From Paragordius varius (taxonomy: Eukaryota; Animalia; Nematomorpha), in the NCBI GenBank assembly GCA_964247055.1, contig OZ176053.1, positions 4,526,001-4,590,000 on the forward strand: DNA of 64,000 nucleotides, given 5' to 3'. The notes below the pieces were generated by a model. It searched no databases and was not told where the DNA came from. It worked only from the letters and a program-made list of their open reading frames with translations. Both the position numbers and the translations under genes were made by a program. Positions 1-12,000 of the stretch are shown one piece after another (the first letter of the stretch is position 1; each line of letters starts with the position of its first letter).

Positions 1-39
1 GAATGTTTTATTAACATAATAGTATATTTTTACTTATAG

Positions 40-1295
40 TGCCACTGCCATCAAAACCCCGTGATTTTTCCAACACTATTCGCCACATATCGGAAAACAA
101 TGTAACAGCACTGTTAAGTTGGAAAGCCCCCCTAAGCTCGACAGAAAACGAAATGTTGTTGAATCGAAACCTTGAATCGGGTAACAGGGTACAAGAGAAT
201 TATATTGCGAATGAAAAGGCGGCATACATAGATCCTAACATTATAGGATATCGCGTTGTGTTTTATGGTAAACGGGCAACCATTACAACCAATCCCTCCT
301 CCTCCACCGAAAATGGTAGAACATTCACATCTATGCTAAACAATGGTGGAAATATTCTAATCAAAGTCTTTTCACCGGTAAGTTAGTGATAAATTCATGT
401 TTGTTGGTTGGAATACCTAGCCTTAGAGATCAAATTTTAAAAATGTAATAATAAATATTTGTTAAAACATCAGATATAAGCCTGATTATTTATTATATTT
501 TGCAATTCTTAATATACATACTAATTATATGTTGTTATCTTTCATCAGTTACAAACATCATATTATGTAACGGACCTCCTCCCAGAACGGGATTATGCGG
601 CTGATGTTCAAGCCTTTTCGGAATCAGGGCCCGGGGAAGTTTCCCATATCGAATTCAGAACCCCGAAATATCACAAACCCATTCAATATGTTCAACCAAG
701 TATTATTATTACAATATTTTAGAAAAATATTATTTTATGGAATCAGGATTACATTACAAAACATAAAAAATCCGTTACTTTTACTTATTTGAGATGATTC
801 ATCAAAAAGGACCATTAATATTTGATAATTTCTACACAATTTTGTAGATTTATTAAATTATAATATTTCTTTCCTAATACATTAGATGCTCCATTTTATG
901 GTATGTATCATCAAGCTTTACCCTATGCCCGTCGGCATTATCCAATTTTTTCACATTTTAAAGATAATAGCCAGCTACCACAAAATACCTTTCCGAATTT
1001 CAAAGAACCTCCACCAACTTATAACTCAAACAGCAAAAACCAAAATAATAATTTTTACATTGAAAGGACAGACAATGGTGACATATTATATTATAATGCT
1101 GCTGGACAAAAGAATAATCATGAATACTTTAATCGAGTATACCAAAATGGGTTTTACATTTCAACCAAAACAAAGGAACAAAAATCAACCGGGCTGCATC
1201 AAATCACATCTCCTTACACTATGATTCAAATAATCACATCTATATTGGCATACAAAATAATGTTCAAATACACACATTATGCCCCATTATTTTAG
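40..1295 (+). CDS. Fibronectin type III domain-containing protein, 3' part (gene begins upstream of the window)
   Basis: Exons 40-377, 549-699, 886-1295 join in frame via GT-AG introns. FN3-like motifs KPRDFSNTIRHISENNVTALLSWKAP, IIGYRVVFYG and YYVTDLLPERDYAADVQAFSESGPG. Family not identifiable. Confidence 0.7.
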
Positions 1296-1693
1296 CAAAA
1301 AAAGTCTAATGAATTATTTTGTAAAATTGGGAATTAAGTTAGATCAAGTCGGTTAGCAAGAGTCGAATGCAATCGATGTACCAATTTATAGATTATTGGA
1401 TCATCTGTATAACATACTGTATTCGCTGAGTATTCTAAAAGCTAACAAAAAACCTCTCTCTACTTAAAACATACTCGGTGCTAAATGCTTGGAAAATTAC
1501 ATCAAAGTTAATACAATTTACATATATATATCTATCTATATCATATTGTTATCTAATATATTCTCATCCTGTAAATACGATCAATATGTATTATTTCTAT
1601 ATATATATATATATATATTCGATAAAATTTTAAACACATATGGGTAAACGACAAATAAATTGTGATGAAATAAATATTGTTTTATATATTAAA

Positions 1694-2265
1694 CTAGCGT
1701 AAATCTCGTGCTGTACGCAGCTCGAGGATGCCCTTCGGACTTCTGGGGGCTATTTGAAAAAAGGGACAATAAAATGATCCACATATGTGGAATGTTTCGA
1801 AACATTGATCTCATAGGAATTCCAAAACGGTGCATTCATACTAATATATTGTTTACTTGGGCGAAAAATAGATTCAAAAAATTATTTTTATGGACTTAAT
1901 TTTTTTAGAAAAGATGGCATTTTACGGGGGTAGCGGGTAAAAGGGCCTAAATTAAAAAAACAAGGCGACTATGTTCGGCGCAATCGAAAATAAGTAAACA
2001 AAAATCATATTTGAAATTAAATGGTCCAAAAAGTTCTCCGGAAAATTGTCTCAAAAACACGATTTTTGTGGACTCCTGTTTTCAAAAAAACCCGTTTTTT
2101 ACACAGGGTGGGCCCGAACTGGGGGCCCAATTCAAAAAAGGGCAAAGCTATTGTCGGGGCATTTATTAATGATTATACCTTTTCGACATTTGGATTTGAA
2201 TGGGTCTACCGGTTTTCCGGAAACAGATCACAAAGCAGCATTTTCCATTTTTATAAATATATAGA
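1694..2265 (-). mobile_element. Non-autonomous Helitron, internally deleted copy
   Basis: On the minus strand it starts A|TCTATATATTTATAAAAATGG and ends with a CTCG..CTG-CGTA-CAG..CGAG hairpin plus CTAG|T. Reverse-complement match to both ends of 54921-56216. Confidence 0.85.
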
Positions 2266-3547
2266 TTTAGTATTGATAAAAGTGATAAAAATAAAACCTA
2301 TTTTTTCTTAAAAATTATTCTAATTTTGATTGACCAACATTCTAGCCATTTAACACAAATTCCATTATAAGCCGGCTTATAAACACCTTATATAATCCAT
2401 ATTTTTATAGTACTTTTCAGAATATGAGGTTCTGAATATTAAGCCACCAAAAAAGTTTCCATATTTCTTTTCAATTTTTGAGGCACTTTAGCCGGCTTAA
2501 CCGAAATGCCTGAATCAAAACTCATCCACATGGCTCTAAATTATGCGGAATGAAAGTCAGCATGTGTTTTTCAAATAAATGGAACATAAGCCTTAATTTA
2601 ATATATATATCTTAAATAGTAGAAACTCCAACTTTTAAGATTTCGATATTAGATGGATAGAGCGCTGTAATTTTACGGTTGATTAGCATAAAAATGGTCA
2701 TGTTTAAAATCAGCAATAATCTACAGTCGGTCGAAAAAGAGATGATCTCAAGATGTGGTCATTTTTATATTAAACTTTTTTCATTAAAATAAATCAGTGG
2801 TTCCTAACCTTTTTTTTGTTCTCGCTCCACCAAATTGCAAATGAAATTTCTTGCGCTCTTCTTTCAAAAAAATCCAAGATAAAAATAAGAATTTTGAATA
2901 TTTAAAATATTTCAACGAATAGTTCTGACCGCTATTCTACTGATAAAAACCTTAGTCTCAGGAAAGTTAGTTGGCTTGTAATATTTTTAAATTTTGGTAT
3001 AAATCCCTTAAATATATATGAATGACATAATTAAGACATTTATTATAAATATATGCAAAAGCTAGATTGTCTAATTAAAAATATTGCTATGAGTATTGCA
3101 ATGTATTCATATACATATTATTATTATAATGTAGAAATATTAATATTAAATTTTTAAATAGATAGCTTTATATAACTATATAAAAAATTATATTTTTAAA
3201 ATATGGTATACTATTGCTATATATAAAACCATTAAACTATTTTACAAAAATAAAGGCTGTTTAAATATTGAAGCGTCCGTCTATTTTAAGATAAATAAAC
3301 ATTTATATGTGGTAAATGAACAGAATACTTTTTACATAAAAATAAAATAAATTACATAAACCATTTTTAGCTTTTAAGAGTATTTGCACCTTAATCATAA
3401 GATTTAAACCATAAATTATTTAAGCACTACAAGATTTATATATACCGAATAAAAGCTTTACCATTGCAAAAACGAGCCATGATGAAATTCAAACAAAATA
3501 ATTAACAACAATAATAATGATTGATATAAAAAATGCCAATTTTACAT

Positions 3548-6500
3548 TTAGGAAGGAGACGATGGTACTGATTCAATATAAATGTTATCCGAATTATAAC
3601 CCAATGTTTTTAGGATAAGGGGCATTTTCCTCACATAATCATTATGGCCTTCGACTATATCACTCAAATTTATATTGTACATGCGTGTATTATAACGTTC
3701 AATAGGTTGTAAACCAGCAATCTTAACTTGGGCCGAGGATGTCCGGTATAAAAGTTTGAGGATCCAATCTTTGGTACAATAACAATTTATAAATTTTCCG
3801 GCCACAATGTAATCCATCCATAAGGTATAAACCTAAAATGTTTGAATAGTAAATAAAGTTATTATTGATATTTGGGCTGTATAAAATTAGAGCTTGTCGC
3901 AATAATATGTATTTTCGTGAAAGTTAAAAAGAAACATATAATTTAACTTTCCACTTCAATTTTTCTTAAAATAAAATGGAAAAACAAACCGTACACCCAT
4001 CAATAATAATGAAATAAATATTCAAAGTTAAAAATTAACCAGTTTCAAAAATAATTATATAAATACTAAATTTAACTTTAGATGTAAGGACGTATATAGC
4101 GACATTAGTATTAACGATTTTACGGATACTTTGATGTAAAAATAAAATTATTATGGATATAATTTGTAGTGTTTAGCTTAGATTTTTTGAGTTTAACACC
4201 AAAGTGCTAGAGTGAACAAGTGAGGAAATAGGAGTTGGAGCAGAGATATATGACGGGTATTAATATCAAACATATTACTGTGAGCGCGATTATTTTTAAT
4301 AGGTCGCTCTTTTTTACGCACGTTTATCGACGACTAGGGCATTCATCCAAATTCCGACCTTTGAAAGTTAAATCATTTAACAGCGATCTATATTTTTAAT
4401 CCTTTGTTCTTATTCGGTTACATAAACTAAAAAATTGATATCCATAACCAAAAAAGTTACTATAGAATAAAATTACTGATTTTAGATGTCTAACAGGTTA
4501 ATTACATTCAATTTCGCTCGCTATACTGTAACCTTTAGGGTCATACGCATAAAGTTTTATAATAATTGGATGGAGTACACTTAGATAATATCCCCATAAA
4601 GCGCAAACGCTGCGCCAAACCTATTTTGTATTAAAGTTGAACCCAATTTTTTTTCCACAAAATATTTACTTATAATAGTTGAAGGCGTGATGGTATAGTA
4701 GGTAAAACTCTTACACTGCGTGTCAGGGTTCGAATCCCGAAACTACGCAATTTTTCCATCATCTCACTGTCAGCCCTGGGCAGGCGAGTGTTAAAGTTTT
4801 CACATGTCCGGATACAATTTAAGTCCTTAACCTTAACAAAAAAAGGAAAAAAGAGACTCTAAACTGTATGTATGTATACATTTACTTATAATAGCCAGTT
4901 ATATCCAAACCGCTAATAAAAAAAGTAATAAATTATATGTATTATTTTTACTTTTCTATCATCAGCAGGGATGGGTGAGCCCATGAGAATAACGTCTTGT
5001 ACAATACCTCTGTTATCATTGTTGGGTGTATCTTCTGCCATCATAGTTAATGCATGATAAACTACCCGGGATCCCAGGCCAAATGCTAAGCGATTTATGG
5101 ATAATAAAAAAAATATTTTACATTTTTTTACAATGTATCTATTAATGAGCAAAAATAAACTGTGTTTTAAAAAGTAATGTTTTTAGATTTTTAAACAATA
5201 ATAAAAAAAGTTTAAAAAACTGCCATTTTTCTACAATTATCTAATCGTTGTCTGAAATGAACTCAAATTATGTAAATATTAAATTGTTATTAAATGCGGT
5301 TCTCTAGTTAAACGGTAAAACGATTATTTTAGTTAAGAAGCATTAATGATTGAAAAAATATATTTATCAAACTTTAAAAACTCTTAAATTTTAGTGCTAA
5401 ATATACTAAGAAATATCGGTTTTTTTTATTATTTTACGCTTTGAACTTATTAAAATTTAAGCGAGGAAAATAGCGTTAATTTAATTATACACAAAACTCT
5501 AAACAAAGTCGCACATATAGTTCTATTTTTTATACTCATAAATAAATTTTTAATAGAACAAAAATAACCTACCTATCAGGTTAACAGGTCTCCGACCAGC
5601 CACTCTTTGCGTTAAAACATTAGCAAGTTCCTGGCCAGCCCTTTTAGTTCGGGCAAAAGCCACGGCCCAAGGGTTATCAATCACTCTGGCAAGTGAGATT
5701 AGATTCATTGGCCAAGCTATGGCAGACAAGACACCTACCAAAAAAAAAGAATTATATTTATCAGGAATTTACGGAACTAAAGAAAGATAAAGAGACATTA
5801 TTAAATTTTGTGTATTATAAATATAAAATATAAACTTCAATTAAAGTTATTATTTTTATTTAATATGTATATAAGGATAATGATTTGAATCGTATCAGGA
5901 CTTGTAACACTTTTTGTTTTTATTAAAATATATATTTAGTTTTGAGTTATGTGGCTCCTTGCCGTCTCTAATCCCGTAGTTTCAGAGTTGAAGCAGAATA
6001 CATGATTTAAAACCGCGATAATACTTATTAAAAAATTATATATCAGGACTTTACGGAACTGAAAAAAGGAATCAACAATAAGAGAAATAAAATTGTGTAA
6101 AATCAGAATCTAGCCGAATAAAATATAGAAATATTTTTCGATATCACACAATTTTAATAAAATAAATTTTATAATATCCGAACATTAGGCATAAAAAAGA
6201 ATTTTAATTTTTAATTTTAAGTCTCTGTAAGATTTTTTTATATGTTGCTATACCCTTGGTTCCTAATGCTTGATCAGGAACCGGTTAAAGGTTAAAAGTG
6301 GTTTAACTATCTTAAAAATCATTAAATTAAAAAAAATTCGGTTTTGTTTTTATTTTTCAAATGGCTCATAGTTATAGGATAGGATCAAATTAAACCAGCG
6401 TAACGGGTTGTCAAACTCATGACACATTAATGGGAACTAAATAGAATACTTTCCAGCTTACAAAGCAAAAATTATTAGGGTTAACCACTCTATAAGTTGA

Positions 6501-8871
6501 CAAAAAACAATAATTAAATAAACCATAAAACAAAGGTGATTGAAAAAAAACTTACATCTAAAAGGTAAAATGCACTCAACTAACTTAAAATATTTCATAC
6601 AAGATGATATTTATAATTATCAAGGCTTAAATGTATAAAGCAAAAAGGTCAACAAGGTGAACCAACTTATTCGCAAATTCAGCAAAAATAATTTTGTAAC
6701 TAAAATTATATATTTAACTGATACATTTATCGTAGAACAACTGATTATACAGTATAAAAATAAAGCTACGCACAAACATCCTTTCCCAAACTTCAAAACT
6801 TTTTTTAGTAAAATTATATCAACAAATGTAGCAGTGCTTCAACCACCATGTGAAATGCTACAATATAAAAAAATTATTCAACTCTATTTATATTGTCCGT
6901 TCTAAAAACCTGCTAATGCAGTTTCCTTCAAGACTTCTTGAGCGATTTGACCAGTGGCCCAATTTGCGACATAATTTACGCCTTGACCAAATTCTTTGAG
7001 GTATGTGCTTTCCCAACAAAGCGTATAACATTCCTAACATGATTTTCAACAAATTTATAAATGATATGTGTTCATATTCTTATGTTTCCAGGCAAGAAAC
7101 ATATGATAACCTTAAAATATTTTTAATATAACTATAAAGGCTTGTTAAAAATTGATATTTAGATGATAGTATAATCGGAAATGCAGTAGCAAATATTAAT
7201 GCAATTATGGTAGTTGTTTTATAAGGTAGGTATATGTATATAAGGGAAGAGAAACCGTCGTTACTTTTGTTGAAATATAACGGCTTCGGAATAAGTTTCA
7301 TTATAATTGTTTAATTGATTTTAAATAGTTATCAAATTTTTGCTGTAATCAATGTGACTAAATCAATAATATAGTATCGTTGAATTATGTTAGAAACGAA
7401 GTTTAAAATAAAGTAAATGGTTCTGGTCCAAAGAAAGGCTGCTTTAAATCCGAAACTTTAAATGTCCATTGTTTCCTCTTAATCAAAGCGAAACCGACCA
7501 AAAAAATTAAAATTATCTTAAATGGCAATTATTGAAAAGAAGACCTTGGTTATACGCAAATCGTGCCAAGGCATAGCAAAATCACAGTCCTTACTAATCC
7601 AGCCAGAGATGGCGATTGTGAAGCGTAAACCTTTCCCCGGACGGTCTTGTGGATTGCTCGGTTTGAGTTTTTGAAAGGAAAACTCTTCCAAATCTCCGGT
7701 TCGCCGATTCATTTTATAACCGGTTAGAGCTGCACCAGTTACGCCAAATAGAGAACCTATGCAAAGCAATATATTAACAATTGTAATTTATATTTACATC
7801 AAAATGGTATGCTGATACAAGTTAAGCATTAAAAAAGAATAAAATTACTAATCGTAATAGAAATTTGATCATATCACTTTAAGTTTGAACTCCTAAAAAA
7901 TTTAAACCATTGCATGCAGAATAAATTCATAGACGAAAAAGATAAGAATGTTAAATGATCGCCAGAAAAAACCGTGTAAAGGAAACATATGTTTTTGTGC
8001 CTAATCCTCGCCGGACATATATATTGCCTGCTTTATCGATTTTTTCCCCTGCTTTTTCGCTCAACTTTAAACTAATTCAGATTTATTTAATCGCGTTTTG
8101 ATAAACTTATAGCTGTAAGTATCCAAAAAATTGTCGTCTGCTAACCTATTATTCCCAAACCAGCGGTTGTACCCATCATGGTTGTCAACCAAGCTGATCC
8201 AAAGAGCGTTCCAACACTTACGGCCAGGAATGGAGCTGCTAAAAGTCCTCCAGTCAAACCAATAAGTGATCCGCCTATTATCGAGGCTGCCGCTATCTTC
8301 CAATACCTTTATATTCAAATTAATGGGGGATAATCGTGTTAATATATGGTGATAATTATAGCACTAGGCTTACGCATATGCATGAATAATATTCTTGCAA
8401 AAAATATATTAATACCAACTTTTTAATCTTATTTGGCTTAAATTTCTTGTTGGGAGATGTGGTGCCATACGTGATAAGGTCCAAAAGCTTGTCCTCATAT
8501 TTTTCAAATTTAATTTCATTTAATTTTGCATATTGTATAATATTTTGTATTAGGGCAGCGTTTCGGGCGTCGTAGGAGCCATTTCGCAAGGAAAACGTCA
8601 ACAAAAATAGCGGAATCATGTAGTGATCGGCGCCAAAAGCAGGTTGGGATAGTAAATCATTAAATAATTGCGTGAATTGTTCACGAAAATTTTGGCTAAA
8701 AATTCTTTCTTGGAAGTTATGTACATTTACGTACTCAAGTAGATCATTGGTGAACTTAACTTTGTATTCAGAATAGGAGCCCCTTTTGTAAATATGATTA
8801 AGAACAAAAGTGCATAGGTCTACAAGACTAAATTTAACTGAGTTAATTAAGGTTTTTGGATTGATATCCAA
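3548..8871 (-). CDS. TMCO4: TMCO4 / DUF726 alpha-beta hydrolase-like membrane protein
   Basis: Exons 8871-8420, 8306-8146, 7756-7545, 7033-6910, 5734-5573, 5085-4952, 3832-3548 with consistent phases. Motifs GGSLIGLTGGLLAAP, SLFGVTGAALTGYKMNRR, VIDNPW, GRRPVNLI, DWILKLLYRTSS. Introns 113-1175 nt. Confidence 0.93.
4679..4879 (+). mobile_element. tRNA-derived SINE in the last TMCO4 intron
   Basis: A-box-like TGGTATAGTAGGTAAA and B-box GGGTTCGAATCCC head, (TGTA)n tail, 15-bp target-site duplication ATTTACTTATAATAG at 4664-4678 and 4880-4894. Confidence 0.8.
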
Positions 8872-9000
8872 TTTTTTATCATCAATTTTCTAACAATTAA
8901 GTTTACAATTTACCTTCTTTATTAACATGAACTAAAAGGGTTAAGTATTTACAAATTCATAGATTCATATGTTTTGTTACCTAATGGTAAGTCGGATTTT
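8872..9000. promoter_or_regulatory. Putative bidirectional promoter TMCO4/SETD1 (129 nt between ATGs)
   Basis: Head-to-head start codons at 8871 (-) and 9001 (+). No TSS data. Confidence 0.55.
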
Positions 9001-12000
9001 ATGAATTCCGTAGAGTACAAAGTCGAATACAATAAAAATAATAATGATAATCACCATGTAATAGGTGAAAACTCTGAAGAAAAGCATGGAGAGACAAAAC
9101 AATACAGTTATAAACTTTTGGTAGATCCATTTCTACAGGGTACGGAATGTAAAAAAGTATATCGCTTTGATGGAATTATACCAGAGGTATATTTTATTTT
9201 ATGTAAAAGGATCCTATGATGCCCCTAGTTATGGTTAAAGATCCTAGGCGACCATTGAACCATCTCATATTTGGTACAAAAATTTGTGATTTGATTCTTC
9301 CGAGACTGAGGGTAAAAAATAAAATTTATACTTTATATAGCTGGATAAAAATTATATTGGTGAACCACCCGCTTTAGAATTGACTGTAACGAATATAAAC
9401 GATAATATTCGGGAACCATTTTTACAGGATTTGTGTTTTAAGCATGGGGTTTTAGAATCTCTTAAAATTTATTATCATCCAACTACCAAAAAGCATTTAA
9501 CGATTGCCAGAGTAATATATAAGCATGCAAAGTCAGCCAAACAATTTTTAGAAAAAATGCATAATGTATCAGTTATGGGCAACCCTTTGAAAATATTTTT
9601 GGATCCCTTAGGTAATTGCTTTTTAAAATAATTTTTAGGAAAACATTGCCACAAAATTGTCGACAGTATTATACGATCAACTAAAGACAAACCATTTTCC
9701 ATAGATGCATATCTATCTCAACACATATTTAATCAGCATTTGGAAACTAAGACAAATAATGAACTTGTAAATCAAACGAAATCTTCTCACTTAATTTCTC
9801 TCACCTCTTTACCGAATTTACCCAAATTTGATCCAAGATTAAAGAATAACGCCAACGTTAGTATCCCATCGATCAAACTTAACATTTCACAAACGTATAG
9901 TAATGCGCCACCAGACAAAAACGAATCACCTGAAACATCGCCAGCTGATAATGGTGAGAAATTGGAGGATAAAAATTTGCCAACTACTGCATTTTTGCAC
10001 CAATTAACTGCAGTTGCGCCGTCATCAAATGATCCAAAAGAACAACTTTTGGAGCAGCATGCCGAATTTTCCATGTCTTTTTTCCATAATAATAATGCTG
10101 ATAAAACCACCGCTAAGGTGCGTCCAACAAAGAATGACCATACAATACTTGAATCAAAAAAATCTATCATTCAATCCACAAACGATATTGATTACAAAGT
10201 AGATGATCGTGCTGAAGGCGAAAATGGATATGCAAATGATGTTAACAATTATATAAATCACAAGAGCTCAAAAATAGCCATGGACGAGAAACAAGATACG
10301 CATAAAAAATACGCTGATAGAGGAGGGAGAAAATATTCGCATTCGCATCACCACGCCAATAATATTGCTAGTCATAATCATCAACTCGGTTCTCGTCAAC
10401 GTTCACGCAATTTTTCCACCGGCGCATCTCATAAGAAATCGCGAGATTATCATCATGATAAAGATTATGACGATGCGGCGGCAGAATATAATCATCCACT
10501 AGATGAAAAGAATCAAAATAGCGGCATGAGCAAAAAATTTGATATGAAGGATGGTCGCTCTCATAAACGTGATGACGTGATTAAAAATCATGGCCATGGT
10601 GATGATGAGAATGATAAGTATCATAGTAGTAGACACTCAAATAATAATCAACGTGGACATTATTCTTCCAGAAATCGTTACGAGAGACGAAATAACGCCA
10701 ACAACAAAGATTACAACGTTTCACCCAAACGATTTTCGAGAACATCAGACGATCATAGACATAAATCTACTTCCTCGTCATCGTACCGAAAAGATATTAA
10801 GGAGGAAAAGGATGTTACAAAAGATGAAAAACGTGGCTTAGTCAAAAATGAACCAAATTTATCGATAAATGAATCCCCTTTAGTCCTGCCCACACCTTTT
10901 ATACCATCATTTTTCCCTGGTTCTGCTGGGACAGGAATACAACCTGGAGGTAACTCGGCCTGTTTCGAAGGAGCCAATCTCATCAATAATTTGTATGCTG
11001 CGAATCGCATGTCAGAACAACACAAAAGCTTTGTTTTGGCTCAACAAGAACAGGAAAAACAAAATAATTCACATATCGATTCTGTCCACAACAATACAAT
11101 AAAAACAGAGTTTGCCGACTCCCAAAGTGTTCAATGTACAGAAACGGGAGATGCAGAAGATCGTATGAGTGTATCACCTTTAAGTCCTCGAGCACCAACA
11201 CCACAATATTCTTTGAGTGCCCGTACCATCAAAGCGGAAGAAACCAATACCTCCTCGTCGGTTATTATTAGCAATAATGTTAAAAAGGAGCAAGAATCAT
11301 CATCAAAATTATTAGTATCTACAACAACATCAGCGTCTTCATTTTTGCCGCCACATTTAATAAACTTTCAAAACAGCAATAATCAAGCAGTTTACCAACC
11401 TGCACCTAATAACTTTAATAACATGATGTATGGGAGGGGAATGATGTTTCCACCCCCATCATTACCACATGTGCATCATCATCCCTATTTCTCACCATTT
11501 ATGCCACCGCCTCCAATCCCACCTCCCCCTTTATTGAATGGCTCAGCTTTTTATGGCAGTAATATGATGACGCATTTACCACCACCCTTATTCACACTTT
11601 CTCAAAAACATGAATCAAAGATTGACATACCATCTACAAGTATGTTTGACATGAAAAGTAAGGCTAAATTTTTGATCAAAATGATGAATCATATGCTTGA
11701 TTAGTTTAATTTATAATTTAGGCTCGCAATAATATGGGAACGTAAACTCTTAATGTTTTGTTTTATAATATATTGAGAATTATAAAAATCAACGGAGCCT
11801 GAACCGTTTTCATTTCGCATTCCAAGTTTATTTTAATTACTCCTGGTTCGGATTGCGTTTTATATGTTTAAATAAAGTTTTTGAGATTGATTTCCAGGAC
11901 GCAAAAAAAATTAATAAAATTTTGTCGGCATCATGTTTTTTGGTATAATGGTTCAAAATTGTTTATATTTTGATACAATATAAGACAACATTATAAATCA

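Noticed and set aside
2021-2311. ORFs 2021-2311, 2046-2264 and 54917-55138 as a duplicated gene
   Set aside because: They lie in the 5' end of the non-autonomous Helitron copies and have no protein motifs.
4685-4750. Functional tRNA gene
   Set aside because: The A and B boxes are present but the cloverleaf is not intact, and the unit has a tail and TSD, so it is a SINE.
9475-11204. Antisense and alternative-frame ORFs over SETD1 exon 4
   Set aside because: Shadow ORFs of a long, codon-biased exon.
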